64,000 bases of DNA from positions 85,996,001 to 86,060,000 of the forward strand of contig CM052817.1 of NCBI GenBank assembly GCA_028534125.1. The letters run 5' to 3'. This DNA comes from Lama glama (taxonomy: Eukaryota). The notes below the pieces were generated by a model that did no database searches, was not told where the DNA came from, and saw only the letters and a program-made list of their open reading frames with translations. The position numbers were made by a program, and so were the translations under genes. Of the stretch, positions 1 through 12,467 are shown piece by piece (the stretch's first letter is position 1; every line of letters starts with the position of its first letter).

Positions 1-453
1 CTGCTGAATTAAAGATTTTTTTTTAATGGGGGAAATATATTTTCTGAATAGAGTGAAATTGAGCCTTATGATGAGAGAAGGAATTGAGGAAAAGCAAGAA
101 GAAATAATGAGATTTCTACTCAAGGCTTAGGCTGCTTTTGTGTTCCTAAAATCAAACAGGTATGTTGCCCATACAAAAATTGGGAGTTGATCACTTCTAA
201 TAGGGGAGAAGGCAAGTTGCTGGAAATGAGAAATAAAAGTATACTTGATGAGAATGAGATAAAAATAAAGAACTGTGGAGGAGAAGAAGAAAAAGAGCAT
301 GGGTTACAGGACTTGAGAAGCCACTAAGTGCAGTTGCTGCCTGATGTCTACAGGTTGCTACGTTTCCAATAATTAGGCAGTGAGACCTCTCATTCTACTG
401 TGATTAGGAAAACTAGGGGAGTTGGACTAAGACAGCAGTTCCAGATCCCTTGA

Positions 454-508
454 ACACACACACACACACACACACACTCTCTCTCTCTCTCCCCCGTCTC
501 TCTCTCTA
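454..508. repeat. Compound (CA)n(CT)n microsatellite
   Basis: Direct reading: CA run followed by an interrupted CT run. Confidence 0.95.
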
Positions 509-1380
509 CTTTTTCGGCTTTGTAACATTTACTTGCACACCTTAAATAAGAAATTGCTTAAAGTTCATCTTTTTCTTGGTTCATTACGTACACACTTGAA
601 GGAAAGTCTGGTGCTCCCCTTTCATTTTAACTTGGGAACCCTTCCAGATTAGCACATATTGATATGCCATATTATTTTCAGTAGCCACATGTTTTTATAC
701 TGTATGACTAACATTATTTATTTAATAAGGAATATGAAACCAAGCCTTATCAATCGCTGGGACCTATTTTCCAAGAGAATTTGTTCTGCTATAATAGGTG
801 TGTCAATACTGAAAATTAGTTCATAAGTGATTGCTAAATAGGACAATGATAGCCATGTAATGCAATTGTAAACTCTAGTAGGAAAGATCAATTTGTCAAC
901 TTTGCAGTTGCATTGGAATCAGGGAACATTTCAGTTAAATTGTAAGGAAAAAAAAAAGAGCAAGCACCAGTACTAGGATCTCCTCCCCAGAAAATTATGC
1001 CTGGAGTCTGAAATGGATATTTGATCTCAGCAGTCCACCTCAAATCCCTTACAGATGACCTAAAAACTGTGGTTCAGGGTGCATATGTCAGTGGAGATTT
1101 AACACAGCTTTAAGTTACTCCCTGGTGATTACTTTTTAAGTGCTCTGGTTTAAGAATTATACTGATTTTGCATAGATGTTTCTGTTTTCCCATTAACTTC
1201 ACTCATTATTTTAACTCACTAATTTCAGTACCTGATGATTTTGAAGAATATGGTATTTTTCAATAATTCATCATATTCACTCAAATAGAAAGGCTGTGTA
1301 TGCCATGTTCTACTAAGTATTGCAATTGTATTAATAGCAAATAGACACAGAATCTTTCTCAATACAAAACATTAAGCTTA

Positions 1381-1513
1381 TATTCAATATCTTATAGTAA
1401 CCTATAATGAAAAAGAGGATGAAAATTAATATATGTATGTATACGTATGACTGAAACATTATGCTGTACACCAGAAATTGACACATGTTAAACTGACAAT
1501 TTCAATTAAAAAA
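1381..1513 (+). mobile_element. 5'-truncated L1 3' tail, camelid-type
   Basis: tattcaatatcttatagtaacctataatgaaaaag...tatgactgaaacattatgctgtacaccagaaattgacac...ttcaattaaaaaa matches the recalled camelid L1 3' end. Degraded TSD aaaacattaagctta (1366-1380) / aaaaattaagttta (1519-1532). Confidence 0.8.
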
Positions 1514-1877
1514 GAGTCAAAAATTAAGTTTACAAATTCAAAACTTTTAAGCCATTTGGTAATTAATTATAAATTATTCTGAAATAAACAGTATGTGCTC
1601 ATTTAGTATATGTTCACCATTCCAATGAACAAGGACTTTGTATATATTAATAGAGATAGTTAATATTCTTTTTAATGTGATTACCTCCAATGTGTTCCTC
1701 TTATGTGACTGCTTTTTGAAGATTTCTACCTTATTACTTAAGATTTCAACCAGACTAAAACCCCTACCTTCTTGGAGAGCATTTATGCCCACTGGCTCAG
1801 AGAACGTCTAGGATCTTTTGCCCTGTCCCACTTTTTTTGTATCACCTAAGTGATTTTAGAGTGGAAAAATAAAATAT

Positions 1878-2420
1878 CCACTGAATAGTCCATAGACCTC
1901 TCCAACTCAATATATCCAAAACTGAACTCATAATCTTTATCTGAAAACAAGACTCTTTTTCACTTATTTGATCAGTGGTAATAAATTCACCCAAATAAAT
2001 AACTTTTTACTTTGTATCATGTTGCCAAAAATGCACTCGGTGCTCTGGAGAGACTCTTTGTTAAGCATTATGTTCTGTGTCTTCAAAAACTTGCAGTCTG
2101 TTAGAAGATACTGGGCTTTGATAAAATAAACTCATAAATAATAATTCACTATTTCCAATGATTGTACAGTTCTGAGGGCTTTCCTAGATTTGAAATTAGG
2201 TAATATTCTTTCAAGGAGTTTGACATTTGAACTGAAATCTGATGGATGGGTAAATATTAACTAGGTAAAGGGTGGAACAGAGAGAATTAATTCCTGGCGT
2301 CCTGCAAAGTAGGCTCTGAGGCTGAACTGTAGAATGCCAGAGAAAAGGAACGTGTCCCTGGAGCACCAGGGGCAAGGGAGAGAATGCCACTAGGTGATCT
2401 TGGAGAGATGAGCAGGGATC
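1878..2420. mobile_element. L2 relics (plus piece near 1878-1945, minus piece near 2000-2420)
   Basis: caactcaatatatccaaaactgaactcataatctt and gacatttgaactgaaatctgatggatgggta are typical L2 3' segments. Confidence 0.65.
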
Positions 2421-2459
2421 AGCAGACCAGTAGACTCTAGTGATAAAGTTGTATTTGAT

Positions 2460-2690
2460 AGCTAACATTCATTGTATACTTACTAAGGGACAATTATTTT
2501 ATAAATATTTATATTTTTCCATTGTGCCTTTCCTCTATATACCAATACTCCAAGAGAAGTGCAATTATCATCATCATTTATAGAGTAAGGAATCAAATGC
2601 GGTTAGGATTGTTTAAGATTTCAAGGCTTCTAAGTAGTGGACTTAGAATTTAAAAATACAGGGAGTCCAAATTAGAGTACTTGATCTTTT
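2460..2690 (-). mobile_element. MIR SINE relic
   Basis: attatcatcatcatttatagagtaaggaatcaaatgc...ctaagtagtggacttagaatttaaa resembles the antisense MIR core. Confidence 0.55.
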
Positions 2691-2779
2691 GATTGCTCTA
2701 TCAGCAGGCCTCCACTGTTGTGGCAATGGAAATCCAAGGAAGAATTTTAAGCAGAAGATTATCCATAAAAATCTATCTC

Positions 2780-3645
2780 CCTCCATCTGGTCCTTCATAG
2801 TCTACATCAATACCTCTTTCTCCTTCCACCAGAATCTTATTGATTTTGGTTCCTAAATAGATCTCTAATCCAGGAACTTTTTTCCACCATCATTTTGGCT
2901 ACATGCCTCTAAACCATAGTTGTCAGCTTTGTGTCTCAACTGCTTTCATGGCTTTCCAATGTCCTCCACCCCAGCCAGCACACCTCATCTTACTGCTCCT
3001 CTCTGAACTCTTCTCCATCAACAGTCAGAATCATCTCCTTCAGTGGCAAGTCTGATCATGTCATACCATGCTTCTTTCTATTGTGCATACGTGAAATCTA
3101 TATTCTCTTTTATAAACTTTGTATAAATTATCTAGTGACTGACTCCAGCCCAATTTTTGGCCTATCTCTTTTTTCATTCATTAAGCCCCAGATATAACAG
3201 TCTTTTCTCCATATTTCAAACATCAAATGCTTTCCTGATTTAAAATCATTGACCACCTTCTTCTTTTACCTGAGATACTAATTCACTTTCCCTGCTCACT
3301 TCATTTTCTTACTGACATTCACCTAATAGATCTTAACATACAGTTACTTTCCCAGGGATGTATTGTGTTATATTCTGGGTTAGATTAAGAATCACTATCA
3401 TTTTCCCTCACACACAGAAAAAAAAACTGTTTTTTTTTCTATTTGTACTAAATTTATCCTAACCAAATAGTTGCTGTTTAAACACAATAGTTACTAAATG
3501 ATCATTGGGTAATTAATTATCTAATGACTGCCTGCCTTTCCACTCCTTTCTTGGCTAACACCATGAGAACAGGAGTCATCAATTTTGGTCGCTACACAAT
3601 CATCATTATATAGCAGTCTCCTTGTCACCAGTACATACTTAGCAA
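2780..3645 (+). mobile_element. L2 3' region relic
   Basis: cagaatcatctccttcagtggcaagtctgatcatgtcatacc and the downstream ccatgagaacagg are L2-like. Confidence 0.65.
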
Positions 3646-4599
3646 GCTAGACGTAGTTGTACTCCCATTTTGCATTAGGCTATAGTAGGAGAACCAGCTT
3701 CAGAATAGAATTCTATGAATTCTATGCAACACTTGCTTCACTCTGCAAGAAAAGATTATGTGTGCTACATAAAAATGAAAACAGCTTAAATGTCAGAATA
3801 AAAACTATCAAGTTTTTCAAACCCAAATTCTCCCTGACCCCACTTGGGTTTGCAGTTAAATGTTGAAAGTAGGTTATAAACTATGAAAATCATGTTAGAG
3901 ATGGAAGGAGTCCATAGGAGAAGGGGCTTTAGACTAGCAATTGCTAAATTTGCTACTAAGGAATTAAAAAACTCAAATCTTCCAAATGTAATTAAAATCA
4001 TATCGTATAACAGAAGGTCAATGACCAAAGAAAAATTAAGTGTTCACATGGACAAGTTACAGATTTACAATATATTTATCAAGAAATATTATATAAATTA
4101 ATAGCAATAAAATCCAGTTCTCCAAAGCTAAAGGAAAAGGTTTTAAAAGTATTGTTTCCCTAGGCCTGAAAAATACTTGTGCTAAAGCAGCAGAAAGGTT
4201 TGCTCTGCAAGATATTATTCCTCCCCTTTTTTTATTGTCTGTTGCTAAAATGGCACCAGGTCAAAACAATGAGATACTCTGCTGATAGTAGTGCTATAAA
4301 TACATAGATTTATTGATAGAATTATGACACTGCAGAAGCTTTTCAATTAGTGTTAGGGTCATTAACTAGGCAGGGAATATATGGATAGTGGCACTTTATT
4401 CAATTATACTTATAAAGATGTATTACTGCAGATGATAAGAAGTAATAGAAACACTTGTATATAACAGTACTTAAATGAAATACCAGTAAAATGCTGCTTT
4501 TTTCCCCCTCTCCAACAATATAGCTGATGGGGTTTTGCTACTCCCACAACTCTAAATCTTTAGGGTTGGATCTGTTCCCTGAGTGTTCTTGGCTTCCTG

Positions 4600-4790
4600 C
4601 ATAATTTGCAAGGAATTGAGTTTTGTGGTATTAGCAGAGTCATGTAAGACTCTTTCTGCCAGCTTTGCACAGCTTATTTCATATGCTTCAACAACTGACT
4701 CAGATATCAGCCCATCAAAAAGACTTGCCCTGACTGCCCCATCACAAATATCTCCCTGCTGCACTAACTCCATTTACTTACTATCCTACT
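4600..4790 (+). mobile_element. L2 relic underlying ORF 4552-4773
   Basis: Minus strand reads gcagtcagggcaagtctttttgatgggctgatatctgagtcag...gctgtgcaaagctggcagaaagag, similar to L2 gtggtcagggaaggcctctctgaggaggtgacatttgagctgag. Confidence 0.6.
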
Positions 4791-5069
4791 GTTTTGAACT
4801 CTTAAAGGTAAAAGTATCCAGGTTTGTAGGATTTGGCAATACTTAACACTATCATACAATGAGGTAAGTGTTGTATAGGATTCAATTGATGGCAATAAAG
4901 GAAATCTCAGTAAAATCAACAGAGTAGATTTTTTTTATAAAGAGAGGATATAATAACAGTGCTAATAATAAAGGCACATAAAGGGGTAGAATGAAAACTA
5001 GGGGTCCCCAGGTCTTGATACATGAAACTTTGAATAAAGGAAAAAGACAGAGATTCTAAAAAGCAGGCT

Positions 5070-5474
5070 AATTAGTCAGGGAATGCTGGGCTGCCATGAC
5101 TGATAGGTTCAAGTACAGAATGCTTTACATAATAACAGATAATTTGTTGTTCATATAACAGCTCAGGGTAGTCAGTGGTGGGGAGAGAAGCCTATATTTC
5201 CATAGTCATTTTAGGTTCCAGGTTAAGGCCACTCAGCCATCTTAAACACAAGGCCATTTTGGATCATTGTTGTGCTGCCAGAATCAGCCAGAAGAGGGAA
5301 AGGAACAGGCCTAGAAGGCACACACATTATTTTTGTTCCCATTCCACTGACTAAAAATTGGTCATATTAATTAATCAACAGCTAATCGAAGTCTGGACAA
5401 CATGGTTTATTTGTGTTTCCAGGAAGAAGAAAAAAAGAGAGTTTTATGGTCAACAAGCAGACTTCACCTAAACA
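5070..5474 (-). mobile_element. MaLR solo LTR (MLT1J/K-like)
   Basis: Starts attagtcagg..ctgggctgc; contains cccattccactgactaaaaattggtcat and ccaggaagaaga. Confidence 0.7.
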
Positions 5475-5580
5475 GGATAGCTTGTCAGTGTGTTGGTGAT
5501 AGCTCGTATAAAATTTTCTACTAGAACACAGAGTGTTCTTGAGAAATTCCATGTTTTGTAAAATCATGCACTACAGGTAA

Positions 5581-5714
5581 CAGGATGACTGTACATTGCA
5601 GGTTGTTCAGGATAATACTAAGTATGTTGTTCCCAGAGGCTATCTGGTTGATTACTATTCCTTTTCAAATTCAAGAGTGCTCAGGTTTAGATTATGAATT
5701 ATAGGGCAATCTAC
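5581..5714. mobile_element. Degraded MER96B-like hAT MITE
   Basis: Ends caggatgact... and ...aattatagggcaatcta resemble tagggtgacc/ggtcacccta terminal repeats. Confidence 0.45.
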
Positions 5715-8099
5715 TTATAGAAAAAAAACGGCATTGGGACAGACCACTCATAACTTATCCCTTAAGAAATAATAATAATCCTTACTAAAAATCTCAGCAC
5801 CATTTCATCTCTACTAACATTACCCAGCACTTTAATCAGTCTGTCTACTGACACCTTAATCCTAGGGGCTTATGCTTCCCTTTTAGCTAATATTTTAATT
5901 TACATAATTTGATATACACCTTTCCTTTGTGGTTATTTAACATTTCAAACCTAAAACAAAAAGTTTGCTCTCAAGATATAACTACTGAAAATACTTTAGC
6001 CATACGTACTGCCATTTACACCAAGTATGTGTTAGTGTAATAGGTATCTGTAAGGATTTTTTCAATGCAAGATTGAGTAATAATTGACATGTGCAGATCA
6101 GTAAAAATATCATAAAGACATTTCCATGCTTTTACAAACAAAATGTAAGAAGTAGGTCCTTAGACCTTTTATCCTATGGAGTCTGGGCTGTCTGGAACTG
6201 ATAAGAAGGTTCACTTAATTCTGCTGCTACATTATGTCTGAATGTGCCTCAAGTGGACTCTTTAAGGTTTTATTGGTGAGCATAGAAGGATCCAGCCCCG
6301 GGAATTCACTGAACTTCCAGAATCTTTTAAGGATTATTTTTATGCCTAACTGGTAATAGTATTTGCTGGTATTGCAGAGTTCATTCTGAGACTTGCTTTC
6401 GTTGCACCGTATCATCTGGTAGTGGGGAGACTAATAACCTTCACATACTGCATACAACTGAGGAGTTACTACAAAAAGACATCTCATAGTTGTGAATGAT
6501 CAGGCTTCAGTCAGTTTCCAAGTTCATTAGTGTTTCGTTTTGACAAGATTTAGAGTAGAAGTTTAGGATGAGTGGCTGAGTGAGTGGAAGAAAAGGTCAT
6601 TTGAGGTAAAAACCCAATGTGTATATTTTTTTCTCACATTGATGTTGAACTCAGGGGTGCTGGCAGGAAATAGAAAAACAACAAATAAAGTAAATCATAC
6701 ACAGAAACCTTTAAAGTCCGACTAGATACAAGAAAGGGAAATGCAATTGTGCAGATAAAAATATATCAGTGGGGTAGAGTTTGTTTTTCCTTTTGTTTTG
6801 TTTTTCTCCAAGAGAGGTGCATTTAAAAGTTTAAGAAAAGAAGTAGAAAATAAGAATATCACCTAACTATATGAATGGTGGGGTATGAGGAAATTGAAAG
6901 GTATCATTAAAGAACTTTCCTTAAGGCTGGAGGGTAAAATATGCATATTCCAAATAGATCTTGATATTACAGAGGAATATGATGAATATAGTGTGACTAG
7001 TGGCATTGATTGTGACTCTGTAGAGAAGACAGGAGATCTGGGTCAAAGCCAAAGAAACATAAAGTAATAAGAGGTAAAGATTGAGCACAGTCATACAGAA
7101 AATATTATGCATATCACTGGCAGTATGCAATGTGATTACAGGTGTAATCTGAACACTTCATTTAAAATTATAACTAAAATATATTTGTTTTAAATTGAAG
7201 TACAAGAGGAATATATAGTTAGTTTGACATATATGATGTTAAGGTCATTATTGCATATAACAATGATAGTAACATTAATTGATTTAATTTAACATATAAA
7301 TTTAATTTGATAATATTACAAGATGAACACTTCATTTTGTTTATCTTGAAGGAGATATTTCAATGATTCAAGTTAAGAGAACATTAAGTCAGGACAAATT
7401 ACCAAGGTATTATTTCAGTGATTGATGACTGTAGTTTGGGTGTACTTAAACAGAAGAATCTTTTTAAGGATGTTAAACAATTAGTAAAAAAAAAAAAAAA
7501 AAAAGAGAGAGTGTGGTTTTTGCCTCAGAGTGGTTCTCCCAATAAATTTTGGGCTGGAATGTAGAATATATTCCTTTAGCAATATCAAAATAGTGTATTT
7601 CCAGATATTTCCTATATTCCTTTGGCGGTATTGGTGGTGGGGAGAGGAGAGGGCTGTGGAACACTGTTACTCTTGGAAACTGATTATGATATATTATTTT
7701 TTTATGCATTGCTGTACTCAGTTTTCTAGTATTTTAAATAGTTTAGGATTCTAGCATCTCATTCTCATCTGTGAATGGGATTATCCTATAACTTATTTTC
7801 CTCATATCATTCTTGACTTGCTTTGTTTATCAAATACAGTAAGTTAAAATGTGTTTGGAGTTGTTCCTATTGCTAACTTGCTATCCACTGCAGGAATTTA
7901 CATAAGATTGGTATTCGGCTTTATTTGAAACAATCTTATTAGCATCTCAGCCTAATATTTTTTCAGTGCAAAGATTTTAATTTGCAATAAAGGCATATTA
8001 ATAGGCACATTCTCTATTTATTTTAGAGTGTGTATAGGTAATACATACATAATAATAAGTTAAATATACTATATTTCCTCTAAAATTTCAAGTTTATTG

Positions 8100-8820
8100 T
8101 CAGAAAGATTTTTTTAAAAATTGTTATTATCTTACTGCAGTTTAATCTCTGCAGCTTTCATGGTTATTTCATTCCACAAATCTAATATTGTTATTTAAGC
8201 CTTCTATCTTTCTATTCTTTATTAACCTTGACAAAGATTTGTCGACTTAATTAATTTTTTAGGAACCACTTTTTAATTTGCTTGTTCCTCTCTCTTATTT
8301 AATTATTTTGGTATGATTTTCATGTTATTATTTCCATTATTGTACTATTTTTGGTTTTATTATGCTGTTCTTTTTTCTAACTTCCTAAATTAAGTTTTGG
8401 CTCCTTTAGTTTGAACCATTCTAGTTTTCTTTGCACCATTTCAAATCTAAATATACCTTTAACTACTATTTCAGCTGAAATATATGTATATGTATGTATA
8501 TACGTGTGTGTGTGTGTATAATTTTATTGGTTCAAAATATTTCTATTCTATAAAATGAGATATTTTAAGTGATTAACTGTTTAAAACTCGTTTTAAAATC
8601 TATGTGTATATAATTTTTAAGTTATCTTTTTATAATTGATTCTAATTTAATGGCAAGGTGATAGAAATGTGTCATGTATAAGAGAACATTTTTTTTAAAA
8701 AGTATTTGATGCTAGATCATGATAATTTTTCATAAGTGACCCAAATGCTCATTAAAATGAAATTATTCTTCAATTTGGTGGTGCAATGTCCCTTTTTTTT
8801 ATTAAACTAACTTCTTAACT
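8100..8820 (-). mobile_element. Old L1M ORF2 (endonuclease region) fragment
   Basis: T-rich antisense L1 text, e.g. gctgttcttttttctaacttcctaa. Minus strand near 8700-8790 resembles L1 EN aatacacattcttttcaagtgcacatgg. Confidence 0.7.
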
Positions 8821-8825
8821 TTTTT

Positions 8826-9530
8826 AATCAGCTGGGGTAAACTAATTGGTGTTATGGAACATGGAGAGTTTATCCTATGCCCATGATTGAGCTCATTGAT
8901 AAGTAGTTTGACTGCAAATCTGGAGTCATTATTGGATGTAATGTGCTCAGGAAACCTAGAAAGGAAACTGATATCGTCTTGCAGGGCCTAGATAATGTGT
9001 CCTGAGATAGCAAAACACATTCAGATCGCTAAACCAAACCCAAAGAAAGTGTCGAGTGCAGTCAGAATCCAAGGGAGATTTCTGGATGGAATGAGAGGCC
9101 AATGTGCTCTATTTGCCAAGAACTCCCTGGCCTGGTAGGCAGTAATTTTAATCTTGAGCAGGATCTGGCTGGTGGAAAAGCTTTATCATGATGTTTTGGT
9201 TTCTCCAGGAAGAGTGGTAGGCTTGCCTAGAACCTCAGGTTAGAATGGTGTCTGAATTTCCATAAGCCATCCTCTCAAGTATCCAGAGGACAATTTTTAT
9301 ACAATTGTCTCCACAGGGAAGCTTGTTTTATATACAAGTCTAAGGCTAACCAGTATCCTGAACAAATGCCCTGGCAATTTGCCAAAGCCCAAGTGTCAAA
9401 GAACATGTAGCATTGCTCATTAGCTGGGGAGGCCTGGATAGCCATCTGTATCACATTATGCTTTGACCATTCTTTTTTGGAGACAAGGGTATTAGATGCT
9501 GGAAATCAGTTCTTTGTTTTATTTGGATAG
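8826..9530 (-). pseudogene. pol: ERV-L (class III) pol fragment, RNase H plus integrase core, no LTRs
   Basis: Hand translation with stops and frameshifts: CYMFFDTWALAN (cf. YTDSWAVANGL), WQIEHIG at 9118 (cf. WQVDYIG), WILTALDTFFGFGLA (cf. FVLTGIDTYSGYGFA), FPEHITSNNDSRF (cf. IPHSIASDQGTHF), HVP*H (cf. HVPHHP). Confidence 0.85.
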
Positions 9531-9534
9531 TTCA

Positions 9535-9895
9535 CACTGCTATGTCTTCTAGTTCACTCATTATTTCTTCTGTAACCTGTAACCAATCCTATATGGTATA
9601 TTTTTCATCTCTGAAATTATGGCTTTTGATTTCTGTGCTTTCTATTTGAGTTTTTATATTTTTCACATCTCCACTTAACATGTTCAATCTTACCTATAGT
9701 TTTTTGAACATATGTAATATATTGATAATAACTTTTAATTTTCTTCTTGATAATTCTAACATCTGTGGCAGTTCTATCATAGTTTTTTTTTTAATCAGAG
9801 TTTTTTTAAGGTATACTTGATATACAACTTTATACTAGTTTCAGCTTTGATAGATTTGATTGATTTTTCTCATCATAATGAGCTATATTTTCCTG
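9535..9895 (-). mobile_element. Old L1M ORF1-region fragment with a small younger L1 tail near 9783-9845
   Basis: tgctatgtcttctagttcactcattatttcttctg...ataattctaacatctgtg matches antisense L1M ORF1. Confidence 0.65.
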
Positions 9896-9899
9896 TAAA

Positions 9900-10570
9900 T
9901 TGGTAAAGGCAAATAATTTGGACAGATACCTCACTAAATTATACACATTTTCATATATATAAAATCATCTATTATCTATATATGTATGTGTAAAAATAAG
10001 ACCATTAGATGTTCAACATCATTTCAATTAATGCAAGTTAAGATTATAAATTGTCACTATGCAACTGTTAAAATAGCTCAAAATTAAAAATAAAAACATC
10101 TGATCAAACCAAGTGTTGGCAAGGATGCTGAAAAACTTGAACTCACACACTGCTTGTGGGGACGTAAAATGCTACAATGCTTTAGAAATCACTTTGATAG
10201 ATTGTTAAAATACATATATACATCTAGCATATAGCCCAGCCATTCCTTTCCTAGGTATTTATACAAGAGATATGAAAGCATATGTCCATGCAAAGACTTG
10301 TATATAAATGTGTGTAACTGACTTTTTGTAATAGCCAAAATATGAACACAAATCAAATGTCCACCAACAGGATGAACAAATTGTGACATATCCACACAAT
10401 GGAATGCTGCTCAGCAATGTCAGTGAAAGTACTGTTGATATCTGTAATGACACAGAGAAATCTCAAAATCACTATGTTGCGTGAAAGAAGCTATACAAAA
10501 AGGAGTACATATTAAAGATTCCACGTGTATAAAATTCTAACAACACAAACTAATATAATGACAAAAATCT
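9900..10570 (+). mobile_element. L1MB/ME ORF2 end and 3' UTR
   Basis: accaagtgttggcaaggatgctgaaaaacttgaactc; cccagccattcctttcctaggtatttatacaagaga; acatatccacacaatggaat. Confidence 0.9.
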
Positions 10571-12299
10571 CTCCATAGTTCTAGTAATTAGGACACAGAC
10601 ATCAGGACAAGGGATATTATTCTGTCTATTTTATCAGTCATATGAAGGCAATCATTGTTTACATTTCAAACATATACTTTGAGAATTTAGTTTTTATCAA
10701 AATAGATTCCTTTGAGTAGCAAATAATCTCAGAAATAGTAGCACTGACATACAGTACTAACTAAAAGGGAAATGACTACTGTTTATTTATTCTTGGTCAT
10801 ATTTTTTTCTACATTTTTATTTTATGATTTATGACAGCATTTGAGTTTTCTATGTCTTTCAAATGTTCACTTTATTTGGAGTGGGGTGAGTAGGAAGCTG
10901 CAATATTAAGACAGTTCAAAATAGTAGTAAATAATGACAGTTACATATTCCAAAGAACATGGAATTATTACAGCCCTTAAATGATACTTTCTTGTAATAT
11001 GCTTTTCAATTTTTAGAGGCAAGTTAATATGAGCAATTTGTTATTATGGCATTGTGTGCTTTGAATGCTTGACTGATGAAATGTGTAGATTCTATTTCTG
11101 TTTACTGCAATAACCTGTTATAAATCAAATTTATCTTTTTCCAAGCTTCTTTAGAAGAATGAGGAGGGAGGAACATCAAGACATAAAACCACATTAAGTA
11201 AATTAGTTGTATTTAGCAGGTTTAAATATTTTACATTCTGTTCATAGTGAAATATAAAAATATATGCAAGACCTTTATACATTTTATAGGAACAAATCAC
11301 TATAAATTCAACTTAACTGCACTTTGTAAAGAACATTAAATTTATAATTTAACTTTTTGTTAGTTTATTTTTTAAACAATTAAGTTAAACATTTTTGGAT
11401 TTGTTTTTCGAATCCTTAAGTATGGTCTGACATGATTTGTACTTTCTTTTTCTATTCCCCATAAAGCTTTTCTCATCTCCTTAAAACAAGACCTTGAACA
11501 TTATCTCACTAAAGAACTATAATCAACAATTTGCAGCATAGTAGTCATGTCAACCTGAAAATGTGTAAGTATTTCTCATGTGTAACAAGCCAAATTTAAT
11601 TAAAAAGTAAACGAACTGGGAGTTATTCAAAAACAAGACCAATCACATGAAACTGAGTGGGGTTTTCATTAGGAGTGGTGGCAATCAGAATTGTGAAGGA
11701 TAAAGAAGGGAACTTCTCGTTGGCGTTATTGCAGAAGTTAGGATTTCAAATTACAAAATGCTTGCCAAACCTAGGAAGTAGGCATTTTTTCAAAAAGTGT
11801 TTTATAAGGACTTAACAGCCAGAAAAAACTATTTTGGCACTTAGAAATAAATATTTCAAGGCTTTGACCAGATGCTACAGGAGTGGAGTGGATCGAGTAA
11901 TAAAACTACATGTACATAGAAATTCATCAGCTGGTTCCTAAGTACAACATTGTTTAAAAGTACAGAATGATTCCGGGGGATAATTTTTGAAAATTTACTT
12001 GTGTTCTTTATCTTAAATTCAAGGAGAGGGTATGTACAGTATCTGAAGTTAATAATTCTGTTTTAAATACTGTTGAGTTAACCATAGACACTATCATGGG
12101 TAGAGGTAGCCCCAGCCCTGGCTTGAGACTGGGGTTTAAAGTTAAAATCCCTCTTTTCTCTTAGGGACCAATCTCCTAATCACCACTACCTTGTTCTATT
12201 GCTTGAATTCCAGCAAGCTCTCAGCTTTAGCTCTGCTCAGTATTTTGCTTTTTTATCCTATTTCTAGTCTATGAATATGATTATCTTGTATTTGAGCTT

Positions 12300-12467
12300 A
12301 ATCCTATTTTTTGAGTATTAATATAAATTGTATTTTGTTTTTAATTGTAAATTCCATTTATTCATTGCTGGTATACAGAAAACTGACTGGGATTTTTCTG
12401 TACAGATCATCATGTCATCTGAGGACAAAGACAGTTTTATTCCTCCTTCCCAGTCTGTAACCCTTAT
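12300..12467 (-). mobile_element. L1 RT fragment, antisense
   Basis: Minus strand ataaaactgtctttgtcctcagatgacatgatgatc corresponds to the L1 LSLFADDMI region. Confidence 0.8.

Noticed and set aside
4552..4773. 73-aa ORF with protein-like composition and faint resemblance to bornavirus N (VVEAYEI..AKL)
   Set aside because: The nucleotides are better explained as an L2 relic; the similarity is too short to support an endogenous viral element.
6288..6307. BamHI-SmaI-EcoRI cluster GGATCCAGCCCCGGGAATTC resembling a vector polylinker
   Set aside because: Inexact match, no flanking vector sequence; likely chance.
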